From sequence record PZ534512.1: 64,000 bases of DNA. One strand, 5' to 3'. Each line of letters begins with the position of its first letter. Within the stretch, counting starts at the first letter, position 1. Both the position numbers and the translations under genes were made by a program. Source of the stretch: a phage. The notes beneath the pieces were generated by a model that saw only the letters and a program-made list of their open reading frames with translations, made no database searches and was not told where the DNA came from. Below are positions 17,584-27,537 of this stretch, one piece after another.

Positions 17584-18593
17584 TGAAAACAGTAATGAAA
17601 AGCTATTTTGGTAGTCATCTTTATGGAACTTCTACTCCAGAATCTGATGTAGATTTTAAAGAAATCTTTGTTCCTCCTGCTCGTGATATTCTTATCGGAA
17701 ATGTTAAAGAGCATATGAGTAAAAACACTAACAACACATCATCTAAAAACACTAAAGATGATATTGACCATGAACTATACAGTCTTAAGTATTTCTTTAA
17801 ATTAGCAGCAGATGGTGAAACTGTAGCATTGGATATGCTCCACACTCCACCGGAACTAGTAGTTAAATCTGATTTGCCTGATGTATGGAAGTTTATTCAA
17901 GACAATCGTTCTCGTTTTTATACGACCAACATGAAATCCTACTTAGGATATGTTCGCAAGCAAGCTTCTAAATACGGTGTTAAAGGTTCTCGTTTGGCCG
18001 CATTACGCGATGTATTGAAAGTAGTTAATCAAATCCCCGATCAGTGGGTTGATTACCAAGAAGATGGTTCTATTAAGCAGCGTCGCACTAAAGTTGAAGA
18101 TATTAAGCATCGTCTTCCAGAAAACGAATTCTGTGAATGGGTGTTCCATAATCATGAGAAAACAGGTCCACAGACGTTTTACACAGTGTTGGGTCGTAAA
18201 TATCAGACAACGCTTTCTCTTATTGAGCTTAAGCAGTCACTGAACAAATTAGATGCTGAATATGGTGAACGTGCTCGTAAGGCCGAAGCCAACGAAGGCA
18301 TTGACTGGAAAGCTCTGAGCCATGCCTGTCGTGGTGGACTTCAACTATTGGAAATTTACAAAACTGGCGACTTGGTTTATCCACTTCAAGACGCTCCATT
18401 TATTCTCGACGTGAAGTTGGGTAAACATCCATTTAAAACAGTTCAAGAGTTTTTGGAAGATGTGGTCGATCAAGTAGAAGCAGCATCTACTGAAGCTTCT
18501 AAGAACGGTATGCAGCAAAAAGTAGACATGGGTTTCTGGGATGACTTCCTTGAGAAGGTCTATCTTGAAAACCACCGAAGTTATTATAAATGA
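17580..18593 (+). CDS. Pol-beta-superfamily nucleotidyltransferase-like protein (337 aa; T4 nrdC.11 position)
   Basis: hG[GS]...DxD motif YGSHLYGTSTPESDVDF near N-terminus. Confidence 0.6.
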   Translation: MMKTVMKSYFGSHLYGTSTPESDVDFKEIFVPPARDILIGNVKEHMSKNTNNTSSKNTKDDIDHELYSLKYFFKLAADGETVALDMLHTPPELVVKSDLPDVWKFIQDNRSRFYTTNMKSYLGYVRKQASKYGVKGSRLAALRDVLKVVNQIPDQWVDYQEDGSIKQRRTKVEDIKHRLPENEFCEWVFHNHEKTGPQTFYTVLGRKYQTTLSLIELKQSLNKLDAEYGERARKAEANEGIDWKALSHACRGGLQLLEIYKTGDLVYPLQDAPFILDVKLGKHPFKTVQEFLEDVVDQVEAASTEASKNGMQQKVDMGFWDDFLEKVYLENHRSYYK

Positions 18594-18595
18594 TA

Positions 18596-18619
18596 GGGAG
18601 CCTTCGGGCTCCCTTTTTT
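18596..18619 (+). terminator. UUCG-loop hairpin terminator
   Basis: gggagcc-ttcg-ggctccc then tttttt. Confidence 0.7.
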
Positions 18620-18643
18620 ATTTCAAAAATTTTTCACAAAACG

Positions 18644-18673
18644 GTTTACAAGCATAAAGCTTTATGGTACTAT
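18644..18673 (+). promoter_or_regulatory. T4-type early promoter with conserved leader
   Basis: GTTTAC-N18-TACTAT then acaactatcaactgatacag. Confidence 0.7.
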
Positions 18674-18707
18674 ACAACTATCAACTGATACAGATTTGGA
18701 GAATAAA

Positions 18708-19676
18708 ATGAAAACTGTAACTATCAATAAGGGTATCTACTTCGGTAAAGAAATCTCTGGAACTTTTGAGCTCTTAGGCGAATGGTTCCCAGATAATGCT
18801 CCGGTAGATGCACAAGGAGATGGTAAAGTTTTTGTTGAAATTGACGGTAAGCGTCGCGGTGTTTGGGTTTACAAATCAGACATTTCATATGATGGTGTAA
18901 AAGTTGAAGAAGTTAAAGAATCATATGAAGATATGAAAACCCGCATTAATAAAAGATTTAATGTTATGGGAATGATGACGAATGGTATTATTAACGGAAA
19001 CATTCGTTCATTAATTATCTCTGGTGCGGCGGGTATTGGTAAAACGTATTCTTTAGATAAAGCTTTAAATAAAGCAAATGATATTGGATACATTGAATAT
19101 AAAAGCATTAATGGTAAAATCTCTGGTATTGGTCTTTATGAACAGCTTTGGAATAATCGTGAAGAGAATTCTGTCCTTTTGATTGATGATGTGGATGTTT
19201 TCTCTGATATGGACATTCTTAATCTTCTGAAAGCTGCTCTGGACACTGGAGAGACCCGTAAAGTCTGCTGGAGCACTGCGTCTTCTTACTTAGAAGAAAA
19301 AGGCATTGAGCGTGAGTTTGAATTTAAAGGAACGATTGTTTTTATCACAAACGTTGACATTGACCGCGAATTAGACCGTGGTACTAAACTTGCTCCACAT
19401 TTACAAGCATTAGTGTCCCGCTCAGTTTATTTGGATTTGGGTGTTCACACTAATGAAGAAATTATGGTCAGGGTTGAAGATGTTATTCTTTCAACTGACA
19501 TGATGCAAAAGCGCGGTCTTTCTGATGAAGAAACTTATAAAGCATTATCATGGATGAAAGTCAATGTTAATCGTTTACGCAATGTTTCACTGCGTACTGC
19601 TCTTTATCTTGCTGACTTTATTATGACAGACAAAAACGGTTGGGAAGAAATTGCTGAAACGGTATTATTAAAATGA
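18708..19676 (+). CDS. AAA-type ATPase (322 aa; T4 nrdC.10 position)
   Basis: Walker A GAAGIGKT, Walker B LLIDDVD; GGAGAATAAA RBS. Confidence 0.65.
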   Translation: MKTVTINKGIYFGKEISGTFELLGEWFPDNAPVDAQGDGKVFVEIDGKRRGVWVYKSDISYDGVKVEEVKESYEDMKTRINKRFNVMGMMTNGIINGNIRSLIISGAAGIGKTYSLDKALNKANDIGYIEYKSINGKISGIGLYEQLWNNREENSVLLIDDVDVFSDMDILNLLKAALDTGETRKVCWSTASSYLEEKGIEREFEFKGTIVFITNVDIDRELDRGTKLAPHLQALVSRSVYLDLGVHTNEEIMVRVEDVILSTDMMQKRGLSDEETYKALSWMKVNVNRLRNVSLRTALYLADFIMTDKNGWEEIAETVLLK

Positions 19677-20392
19677 AAAAATATTTTACTATCTATAAAA
19701 CTGAAATATTAAATTTAAAGACAGGTATTAAGAAATACTATTATGGTCGACATATAACTAATAACATCAATGATTCGTATGTTGGTAGTGGAAATTATAT
19801 AGAACGTGTAAAAGTGTCAAATGACCACATATTATCAAAAACGGTTTTAGAAGTTTTTGATAATTATGATAAAATGGTACAAGCTGAAATATTATATATC
19901 ATGGCAGGTAAATTGAAATATGGAAAAAACTGTGTTAACCTGTCATACGGGGGTGAAGGAGGAAAGGTTGCAGATGAAACTAGGATAAAATGCAAAAAGC
20001 ATTCTATAAATTTATGGAAAAATCCTAATCATATACAGCATATGAAGAAAAAGATGAAAGAGGTCACATCCACGCCGGAAGCTAAATTAAACACTTCAAT
20101 AAAAACTTCGCAACGATATAAGGACCCAGTTTTTGTTAGAAAAGTTAGTAATATTATTAAAAAGAAACTAAGCAATCCTGTAGTAAAAGAAAAGCATATT
20201 AATGGAATTAAAGCTGCAAAGCGTTCTCATTTAACTATATGGCAATATGAAGATGAATTATTCGAGCTTTGGAAAGAAACTAAATATGGATGGAGAAAAT
20301 TTACAAAGGAAGCTATAAAACACGGGTATCCAAATGAACCGTATCGTAGTATGGTATCAACCTTTCAGAAAAGACATTTAGAAGAATCCTAA
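19673..20392 (+). CDS. GIY-YIG homing endonuclease (Seg-like)
   Basis: TIYKTE...KYYYGRH and SYGGEGG motifs shared with SegB; AT-rich codon usage. Confidence 0.6.
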   Translation: MKKYFTIYKTEILNLKTGIKKYYYGRHITNNINDSYVGSGNYIERVKVSNDHILSKTVLEVFDNYDKMVQAEILYIMAGKLKYGKNCVNLSYGGEGGKVADETRIKCKKHSINLWKNPNHIQHMKKKMKEVTSTPEAKLNTSIKTSQRYKDPVFVRKVSNIIKKKLSNPVVKEKHINGIKAAKRSHLTIWQYEDELFELWKETKYGWRKFTKEAIKHGYPNEPYRSMVSTFQKRHLEES

Positions 20393-20474
20393 GACAAAAA
20401 GGCAGTTCAGAAATAGATTATATGGACTGCCATTAAAAAGATGACTAGAATTAAACTGGTGAATGGAGGTAGTG

Positions 20475-20777
20475 ATGTTATACTCAAAGGCTCGTGAAAT
20501 TTACGAAACTAAAATTAAAGAAGCAGTATTTCAGTTCGCAACAACGATGCGATGGACAAATGATTGGGAGTATTCAAAAAATCATAAGAAGCCCATGGTG
20601 ACAAGAAAGGCTCATATGTTAGTGTTAATAGACCGTGAGCAGATTAAAGCCCGAGAAGCCCTCCAGAATCATAAAAAGGCTGCTTTTGAATGGTTTATGG
20701 ATAACACTGCTCCTGAGACTAAGAAAGCGGTGAGCGCGTGGTTCAGTGGAAAAAATTGTGAAAGAAGTTTCTTTTAG
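20475..20777 (+). CDS. hypothetical protein (100 aa)
   Basis: GGAGG RBS before internal ATG. Confidence 0.5.
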   Translation: MLYSKAREIYETKIKEAVFQFATTMRWTNDWEYSKNHKKPMVTRKAHMLVLIDREQIKAREALQNHKKAAFEWFMDNTAPETKKAVSAWFSGKNCERSFF

Positions 20778-20779
20778 TT

Positions 20780-20809
20780 GTTTACAAGACCGTTCCTCTG
20801 TGGTACTAT
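20780..20809 (+). promoter_or_regulatory. T4-type early promoter with conserved leader
   Basis: GTTTAC-N18-TACTAT then acaactatcaactac. Confidence 0.7.
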
Positions 20810-20837
20810 ACAACTATCAACTACGGAGGAACAGAAA

Positions 20838-21365
20838 ATGAATGCTAAAGATATTTTCAACTTGGTAAACTACAATGATGGTAAATTTAAATCTGAAGCA
20901 CAAAGTAAGTTCTTTAATGACATCTCAATCGGTGGTGAAATCACGGTTGATGGAGGACAAGTTTATAAATCTCGTTGGAATTGGATCGTTATTATCGATG
21001 AGATTGGTATTGTAGAAATTTACAAAAATACGAATAAAAATCGTACATTACACTGGTCTCGTGATACTAACGAACAGTACAAAAAGGATAAAGCATCTAA
21101 ATTATCTCGTGTAACTCAAGAAGATATTGAGTTCATCAAGAAAGATATTTTGATGTATGATAACTTAATTGCTGAAGAGCAAGCTGTTATTGATAAATTT
21201 GACGAGATTAAAGCTTCTCGTGAAATTCCTGATTTTATGAAAGAATCAGTAAATGAACGATACACTCTCATTTCAGAGCGTATTGAAACTTACAAAAAGC
21301 AAAGAGCTGAACGCCAGAATACTCTTCAGAAGTTTGAAGAACGGTTAAAGACGGTACTCGCATAA
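20838..21365 (+). CDS. hypothetical protein (175 aa)
   Basis: GGAGGAACAGAAA RBS; ORF-track extension runs through promoter. Confidence 0.55.
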   Translation: MNAKDIFNLVNYNDGKFKSEAQSKFFNDISIGGEITVDGGQVYKSRWNWIVIIDEIGIVEIYKNTNKNRTLHWSRDTNEQYKKDKASKLSRVTQEDIEFIKKDILMYDNLIAEEQAVIDKFDEIKASREIPDFMKESVNERYTLISERIETYKKQRAERQNTLQKFEERLKTVLA

Positions 21366-21420
21366 CCGCTTTATACCAAGGATGGTATAATGGTTCTAAG
21401 CCCTTTTAATTGAGATTATT

Positions 21421-21825
21421 ATGAAACAGTTGATAATTAAAAGATTGAATTTATTGATATGTTGTTTATGTATAGTAATTGCATATGGTTATTACGCAAT
21501 TAATGATTATATGCATTATAAAGATTATGATGTTACTGTAGTTAATACCATTACAGGAACTCAAGGAAAGGGGTCTAGTTTATCATTTATTGCTGTATAT
21601 GAACTCAAAGACGGTTATAGATTTAGTGAATATATTTCCCCAGAGATGTATTCTTCAATAGAAAAAGGTGATAATATTACTGTAAGTTTACGTCCTTTCG
21701 ACGTAAAACAGACATTGTTTGATAATATTGTTTGGTTCTTTGGAATGGTATTAGTTCAATCTGTATGCGGTGCTTATATAGTCTTTTCCATCATATTCTG
21801 TGTATTTAGTAAAATTGAAAATTGA
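21421..21825 (+). CDS. membrane protein (134 aa)
   Basis: N- and C-terminal hydrophobic helices. Confidence 0.5.
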   Translation: MKQLIIKRLNLLICCLCIVIAYGYYAINDYMHYKDYDVTVVNTITGTQGKGSSLSFIAVYELKDGYRFSEYISPEMYSSIEKGDNITVSLRPFDVKQTLFDNIVWFFGMVLVQSVCGAYIVFSIIFCVFSKIEN

Positions 21826-22724
21826 GTGAGAAAAATATGTCAGTAGTAATTAATAATGTCAATGCAGTAATTAAATCTTTAGTTAATAAAAAATTAAATG
21901 AATGGACTGTACTTCGTCGTGGAGAGCCAGATAAATTTTTTCATAGATTTAACCCAACTTTGGATTTGAATGTTATTGACAGAGATGTTCATGCTGAAAT
22001 TTTAGATAAATTTAAAGTTGATATTGGGTTTGGATTAGATAAACATTTGCAACGAACAAACGGATCTGGAATGGGTTTATCTAATCGCATCATGAAAGCC
22101 CTTAATAAAATTGGAGCATTGTCTCGTATTAACGCGAGTGAAATCCTTCGCAATTATAATAAAGGATATGACCTTTATGGTCGATTAATGCCGAAATTAT
22201 CATTTGACCAAATGATCGCAGATTTGTGGGAAAATCAACGACGATTATTAGCATTAGGCGCTCGATTAGCTAAAGGTCTAGATAAACAAATGATTTTTAA
22301 GACCAATAATACAGAAGACCTTAAATGCTTTAAATTTAGTATTCGCGGCGATGATTATTATATCAGAGCTCGCTCTACAGATTATGTTAATATGGGGCAT
22401 CATCTCTGTTTAGCTTTTGAAGTTTTAAAAGAAGCCGGAACATTAGAATATTCGTCTGGTGCAAAATGCCCGATTGGTTCAAGTTGTATTTTAATTTATC
22501 GCCCGGATGAATCCAGTTCATCTAAATTACCTACAAAACCTGTACCAGTTCGTAGTAACGAAAAACATTCTGAACAAATTGATTATTTTAATAAGCAAAT
22601 TGAAGAGCTGAATATTTCTATTCAACAGTATGACGATGAAATTTTCAGACTATCTGGATTGAGTAGTAAAGCTAAATCTGAGCGTGAAAAATTAATTAAA
22701 ATTGTTGATTTACTTAAATCTTAA
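21822..22724 (+). CDS. hypothetical protein with C-terminal coiled coil (300 aa)
   Basis: ATGA overlap; alternative start at 21837; heptad-like C-terminal ~45 aa. Confidence 0.55.
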   Translation: MSEKNMSVVINNVNAVIKSLVNKKLNEWTVLRRGEPDKFFHRFNPTLDLNVIDRDVHAEILDKFKVDIGFGLDKHLQRTNGSGMGLSNRIMKALNKIGALSRINASEILRNYNKGYDLYGRLMPKLSFDQMIADLWENQRRLLALGARLAKGLDKQMIFKTNNTEDLKCFKFSIRGDDYYIRARSTDYVNMGHHLCLAFEVLKEAGTLEYSSGAKCPIGSSCILIYRPDESSSSKLPTKPVPVRSNEKHSEQIDYFNKQIEELNISIQQYDDEIFRLSGLSSKAKSEREKLIKIVDLLKS

Positions 22725-22732
22725 GGAACACT

Positions 22733-23761
22733 ATGAAAACTCGTTCTCAAATTGAAGATATGGTTCGTAATGCCAGCTATACTCGTGATGTTATGACATT
22801 TTTGTGTGAAAATAATTTAGACCCTGATAAAGTTAATCGTGTTATTCATCACTTTAAGTATACGAATAGCAGTGAATGGGTGCGTAATTTTAGTAAAGCG
22901 GGGTATATTACACAAATGACTGCTCGTGAGCAGCTCACCGATTTCTGTAAAACTATTGATTATAAAAATCCTCTATTTGTTCAAGGTGTTGGTCAGAGTA
23001 AGGTTGATTTATCATCTGGATTTTTTAATCCAAATCATTATCGTATTGAATGGAGATTTATTGCTCTATTCCGTAAGCAATTAAAGCAAATTTTGTCGAC
23101 GGCTAGTCGATTAAAAGGTTCTGACATTAACTTAAAGAACCTGAAATTTGATGGTTATACTCTTCAGATGGAAGTAAGACCATTAAAAGAAAATAACAGA
23201 ACTGCACGAATTAGCTTTAAACCTAATACAAAAAATTCTCTTTCAATTTGCGAATGCCTTAAATCGCAGTTGACAGAAGCATTTAAGTATATGGATGTTG
23301 TTGCCGCTGTTCAGTCTAAGATTTTACCTCGTTTTGAGCGAAATTGGGAACATACAACAACATATGAACTTGATATGGTTGTTTCATTTAAATATGATTT
23401 TTTGAGAAAGGACGAAGTCCCGCAAGAGAAAAAGCAGGAAGTACAAGATAACTTAAATTTAAATTTATCCAATTACTTATCAAACGATCCTAAATTTTGG
23501 ATGTATAGTTCAGGTAATAAAGATGCATGGAAATTTAATAAAGTGAATTTTCTTCCTATTGAAAATCCGAGTCTTAAACCTGTTGAAAAATGGCATGCAG
23601 ATGCGATTGAGAAGTCTATCAAGGCAGTAGATGATGAACTCGTTAAAGCAACTAATGAAGTGCTAGAAGCTGAAAAGATGTTGGAAAAAGCTCAAGAAAA
23701 AGTCAAAAATCTTACGAAGCAACGTTCTAAACTGAACAATGCACTAAATGCACTGAACTAG
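22733..23761 (+). CDS. hypothetical protein with C-terminal coiled coil (342 aa)
   Basis: AAGGAACAC RBS; C-terminus ...LEKAQEKVKNLTKQRSKLNNALNALN. Confidence 0.55.
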   Translation: MKTRSQIEDMVRNASYTRDVMTFLCENNLDPDKVNRVIHHFKYTNSSEWVRNFSKAGYITQMTAREQLTDFCKTIDYKNPLFVQGVGQSKVDLSSGFFNPNHYRIEWRFIALFRKQLKQILSTASRLKGSDINLKNLKFDGYTLQMEVRPLKENNRTARISFKPNTKNSLSICECLKSQLTEAFKYMDVVAAVQSKILPRFERNWEHTTTYELDMVVSFKYDFLRKDEVPQEKKQEVQDNLNLNLSNYLSNDPKFWMYSSGNKDAWKFNKVNFLPIENPSLKPVEKWHADAIEKSIKAVDDELVKATNEVLEAEKMLEKAQEKVKNLTKQRSKLNNALNALN

Positions 23762-23790
23762 TTTACATTGCCACAAGGATGTGGTATAAT
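23761..23790 (+). promoter_or_regulatory. T4-type early promoter
   Basis: GTTTAC-N18-TATAAT, overlapping stop of upstream gene. Confidence 0.65.
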
Positions 23791-23818
23791 GTTCTTACTT
23801 TCTACTGAGGAGATTATT

Positions 23819-24820
23819 ATGACTCGCAACGAATATATTAAATCGTTCAACAGCGTTATTGATGATAAAGCTATACCGATGTTTGGTCAAAATATCGTTC
23901 TTTCTATTATCAATCAATGGCTCAATAATACTGATGCAAGTATTGTTTCTTCTACTAAATTTATTCATGAAATTCGTAAAATTTCTAGCCGTGTAGATAA
24001 AGATGTTATTAAGAAAACCTTTAAAGAGTCTCGTCTTCTTTCATATTTGGTTAATCGGGATATTCTTGGTAATTTTGGGAAAGAAATTAAACGAACTAAA
24101 GATGTAGTAGGATATAATTGGTTCGGTGATGTTAATTCTTATCATCTTAATAATAAAGAAGACCCTGAGAATATTTTTACTCGTCGTTGGATTAGTAATT
24201 TCAAACTTTTCAAAGGACAAATTCTAAAATCAGCTTCTAAATTATGTTATGGCGATTATCGTCAAATTCATCCTTTGGCTTCTGATATGATTATCGTAAA
24301 AGAATATGAGCTTGATGAAAATAAAGTAGCTATTTTTGTGAATTATGGATTTTTTACACCAAACGCTAGCCAAAAGAATATTAATAAATTTTTCTCAATT
24401 GCTAGCACTATAACTCGTCAGTTAGAGACTGCATTACTTTGTATGGAAACAGTAGAAAATATTCATACATATCCTTTTAAGAATATATGCGGATGGGAAG
24501 GATATAAAATTGTAATTAGTCTTCGTGAAGTGAAATGTGCTTATTCACCTACTGATAAAGAAATTTATCAACAAAAATGTGAGGAAATTGTGAATACTTC
24601 TAAAGAAGAAACTACCCTTGAGGAACTAATGGATAATCTTGATGATTCGCCTGAACCGGCAGAAATTCGTCCAGAAGTTATTGCATTAGAAAAAGCTTAT
24701 AAAGAAGTTCTAGAAATTTCTAATAAAGCGCAGAAAGAATATGAGCAGGCTAAAAAGATTTGGGAAGAATCTGTCAATCGCTTGGATCGTCTTGAACAAG
24801 CTTTACAGTTAATTAAGTAA
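23819..24820 (+). CDS. hypothetical protein with C-terminal coiled coil (333 aa)
   Basis: leader ctactgaggagattattATG; C-terminus ...RLDRLEQALQLIK. Confidence 0.55.
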   Translation: MTRNEYIKSFNSVIDDKAIPMFGQNIVLSIINQWLNNTDASIVSSTKFIHEIRKISSRVDKDVIKKTFKESRLLSYLVNRDILGNFGKEIKRTKDVVGYNWFGDVNSYHLNNKEDPENIFTRRWISNFKLFKGQILKSASKLCYGDYRQIHPLASDMIIVKEYELDENKVAIFVNYGFFTPNASQKNINKFFSIASTITRQLETALLCMETVENIHTYPFKNICGWEGYKIVISLREVKCAYSPTDKEIYQQKCEEIVNTSKEETTLEELMDNLDDSPEPAEIRPEVIALEKAYKEVLEISNKAQKEYEQAKKIWEESVNRLDRLEQALQLIK

Positions 24821-24872
24821 TTTAAAGCCAAGGATGGCTCGGAGCATAAATCATTAACCAAGTGAGAAGAAC

Positions 24873-25802
24873 ATGAAAACTCGTAAACATTATATTGATT
24901 ATTTTGACAGTCTTATTACTAAACATCGTAATTATCAGATAGGACACAGAGCAGTAATCAATAATATTCTTCGTGATTTCCTTCAATATGTTGGCCAGGA
25001 AAATCATATCTGTAAAGATACTCAAAACGCTTATTCTCATTCGTTAGGCAATTTGCTTGAATGGTTTAAACGTTCTCGTATGTTATCTTCTACTGTAGCT
25101 CACGATAACATTAAAAACTTTATGAAGCCGAGCTTTATTAAATCTGAGACATCTATAACCGATTTGGTTGAATTTACTATTGTTAACGATGTTAAAAAGA
25201 CTCATTTGGCTGATTGGTTATCTACCATTCCTGAAACTAAATTTGCTGATAAATTTGCTTGTCAATTCAATGACCAAGTGAATATGCTTTTTAAGCATGC
25301 TCGCAAACTATTTACCGCGGGCGATGACCGTACAAATACAGTTCATGTTAAGGACTGGGTTATTGCTGATGAAGTAACACACAAGCCAGGTGGTTCATCA
25401 GTATTAATTAATATCCAGGTTCCTTATTATTACTCACGTAATCTTGGCACCATGACAGCTAAAGAAATTAATAAGCACAACAAAACTATTCGTTCGTTGT
25501 CTTATAAACTCCGCATGATGTTAAAAATTATGGACGTAGTGGAAATGTATGACGAAACCGAAAATAATGGTTCAATGTTATACAGTTCACGCATTCTAAT
25601 TAAACTGAAGAACCCTAATACATATAAGACAGTTGTAAAAGAGCCTAAAGTAGAAAAGGTTGATAATCTGAGTGAAGAACGCGAATATCTCAATGCCCGT
25701 TTGATTGAAGTTGAAGCCCAAATTGCAGAACACACCAAATTGTTAAAAGCTCTTAATGCAAAAGCAAATGGTTTACGTAATGCTATTGAGGTATTGAAAT
25801 GA
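24873..25802 (+). CDS. hypothetical protein with C-terminal coiled coil (309 aa)
   Basis: GAGAAGAAC RBS; C-terminus ...[21 protein letters not shown]. Confidence 0.55.
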   Translation: MKTRKHYIDYFDSLITKHRNYQIGHRAVINNILRDFLQYVGQENHICKDTQNAYSHSLGNLLEWFKRSRMLSSTVAHDNIKNFMKPSFIKSETSITDLVEFTIVNDVKKTHLADWLSTIPETKFADKFACQFNDQVNMLFKHARKLFTAGDDRTNTVHVKDWVIADEVTHKPGGSSVLINIQVPYYYSRNLGTMTAKEINKHNKTIRSLSYKLRMMLKIMDVVEMYDETENNGSMLYSSRILIKLKNPNTYKTVVKEPKVEKVDNLSEEREYLNARLIEVEAQIAEHTKLLKALNAKANGLRNAIEVLK

Positions 25803-26188
25803 AAAAGCGTTTATTAGAAGACATTGCAGCTTCAAGTAATTCCAGTTTAATTAAAATTATTATGGCTGGTGAGGAAGATGATATGGAAATGCGTGGAAAG
25901 ATTCACGGCTGCGACGATTTAGATTTTAAACCTCCAGCATGGGATGCTATTATGGCTATGGTTGAACGACGTGAAAGAGCTTCTAAAAACGTTCCTAATT
26001 GCCCTGAATGCGGTACTGAACAAGTTCAATTGATTAACTGGCGTAAACCAGAGCTTGAATATAAATGCCGTCATTGTAAACATAAATTTAATAAGCATGC
26101 TCCGGAAATGGTTAAATTGCCTGACTCTACTGAGTTCTTTAAAGAACTTGTGAGTGTTCAACCAATGCCTAATAATATTTTGGATTAA
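25799..26188 (+). CDS. C4 zinc-ribbon protein (129 aa)
   Basis: CPECG...CRHCKHKF. Confidence 0.5.
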   Translation: MKKRLLEDIAASSNSSLIKIIMAGEEDDMEMRGKIHGCDDLDFKPPAWDAIMAMVERRERASKNVPNCPECGTEQVQLINWRKPELEYKCRHCKHKFNKHAPEMVKLPDSTEFFKELVSVQPMPNNILD

Positions 26189-26190
26189 AA

Positions 26191-26433
26191 ATGACCAAGC
26201 GTAAAGAATATATGGAGACTGCTGAAAAGGCAGTCCGTGAATTAGCAATAGCTTATTATAATGAACATGGTAAATTTCCTGATAGATACAGCGTGCTTAA
26301 ATCTGCTGTAACTCGTTCATACAAAAATATGCTATCAGAAGTAAGTGATATTATATACAAACATAAAGAACAAACGGGCCAAAGTCTTGATTACGACGAG
26401 ACTTTTAAACAAGTACTAGGAATTAAGGAATAA
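26191..26433 (+). CDS. hypothetical protein (80 aa)
   Basis: tightly packed ORF. Confidence 0.5.
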   Translation: MTKRKEYMETAEKAVRELAIAYYNEHGKFPDRYSVLKSAVTRSYKNMLSEVSDIIYKHKEQTGQSLDYDETFKQVLGIKE

Positions 26434-26434
26434 T

Positions 26435-26698
26435 ATGTTTAAAGTATATGGTTATGATAGCAACATCCATAAATGTGTGTATTGCGATAATGCAAAACGT
26501 CTTTTGACTGTGAAGAAACAGCCGTTTGAATTTATCAACATTATGCCGGAAAAAGGTGTTTTTGATGATGAGAAAATTGCTGAGCTTCTGACGAAACTAG
26601 GTCGTGATACTCAAATCGGCTTGACAGTGCCTCAGGTATTTGCTCCTGATGGAAGTCATATTGGTGGATTTGACCAACTGCGAGAATATTTTAAATGA
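26435..26698 (+). CDS. nrdC: glutaredoxin/thioredoxin NrdC
   Basis: 87 aa; CVYC active site; matches T4 NrdC. Confidence 0.92.
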   Translation: MFKVYGYDSNIHKCVYCDNAKRLLTVKKQPFEFINIMPEKGVFDDEKIAELLTKLGRDTQIGLTVPQVFAPDGSHIGGFDQLREYFK

Positions 26699-26910
26699 TG
26701 CTCGAAGGAACTGACTATATTCATGATTACCGCGGAAGCGCGGTATATGTAGGTGATGAAGTTGCAGTTTATTATGGGTATGGAACTTTGATGACAGCCA
26801 AGGTTATTCAAATTAAAAATAATCGTGCTAAACTTGAAGTTTATTATTCTAATGGTGAAAAGTCTATTTCTAAGTGGAAATACGGCGATTGTATGGTCAA
26901 ACTGGGGTAA
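26695..26910 (+). CDS. hypothetical protein (71 aa)
   Basis: ATGA overlap with nrdC. Confidence 0.5.
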   Translation: MMLEGTDYIHDYRGSAVYVGDEVAVYYGYGTLMTAKVIQIKNNRAKLEVYYSNGEKSISKWKYGDCMVKLG

Positions 26911-26912
26911 AT

Positions 26913-27083
26913 ATGATTTACGATATTAATGTAGCAAGAGCTTCGTCAATGGTTACTATTCCTGCTGAAGAACTAGATCGTCTTCATAAAATTGAAGAAC
27001 TTCTTTGGGAAATTGAATGTGACCTGCCATCAGGACTAGAATCCTGGATTGATGATGAAGAACTTAATAAATTGCGAAATTAA
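26913..27083 (+). CDS. hypothetical protein (56 aa)
   Basis: internal ATG with GGGG RBS; alternative start 26874. Confidence 0.35.
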   Translation: MIYDINVARASSMVTIPAEELDRLHKIEELLWEIECDLPSGLESWIDDEELNKLRN

Positions 27084-27093
27084 TTGGTGAAAA

Positions 27094-27414
27094 ATGACTA
27101 TTGAAAATAAATTAGATGTTGATGCAGTTCTGAGCGAAATCATTGAAGACCATGATGCATTTTCGGAAAACTATGATTTCGATTTTTCCGATTATCTTAA
27201 ACCTATCGAAATAGAAGACTGGGTGCAAGATGGTAAATGCCAATATCGTCAGTGTGTTTACTTTAGTCCAAAACATAATGTACATGTAGCGGTAAATGAA
27301 TCTCGGTCAGGTTCTTATCATTCTGACTGGTATTATGCAGTTCCGACTGTTGAACTAGTCGAGCCCCGTGAACGTGTAGTAACTCAGATAGTACGAGAAT
27401 GGATTACGCTATAA
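27094..27414 (+). CDS. hypothetical protein (106 aa)
   Basis: GGTGAAAAA RBS. Confidence 0.5.
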   Translation: MTIENKLDVDAVLSEIIEDHDAFSENYDFDFSDYLKPIEIEDWVQDGKCQYRQCVYFSPKHNVHVAVNESRSGSYHSDWYYAVPTVELVEPRERVVTQIVREWITL

Positions 27415-27537
27415 AACCTTGGTGGGCGGCTAGATGGGAAACTGTAGAGCCAGAGCCGGAAGAACCGGTTTACACTGATGAAGAAACAGTATATAATGAA
27501 CCAACGATAAATGACTTAATTGATATGGAGATGGGAC

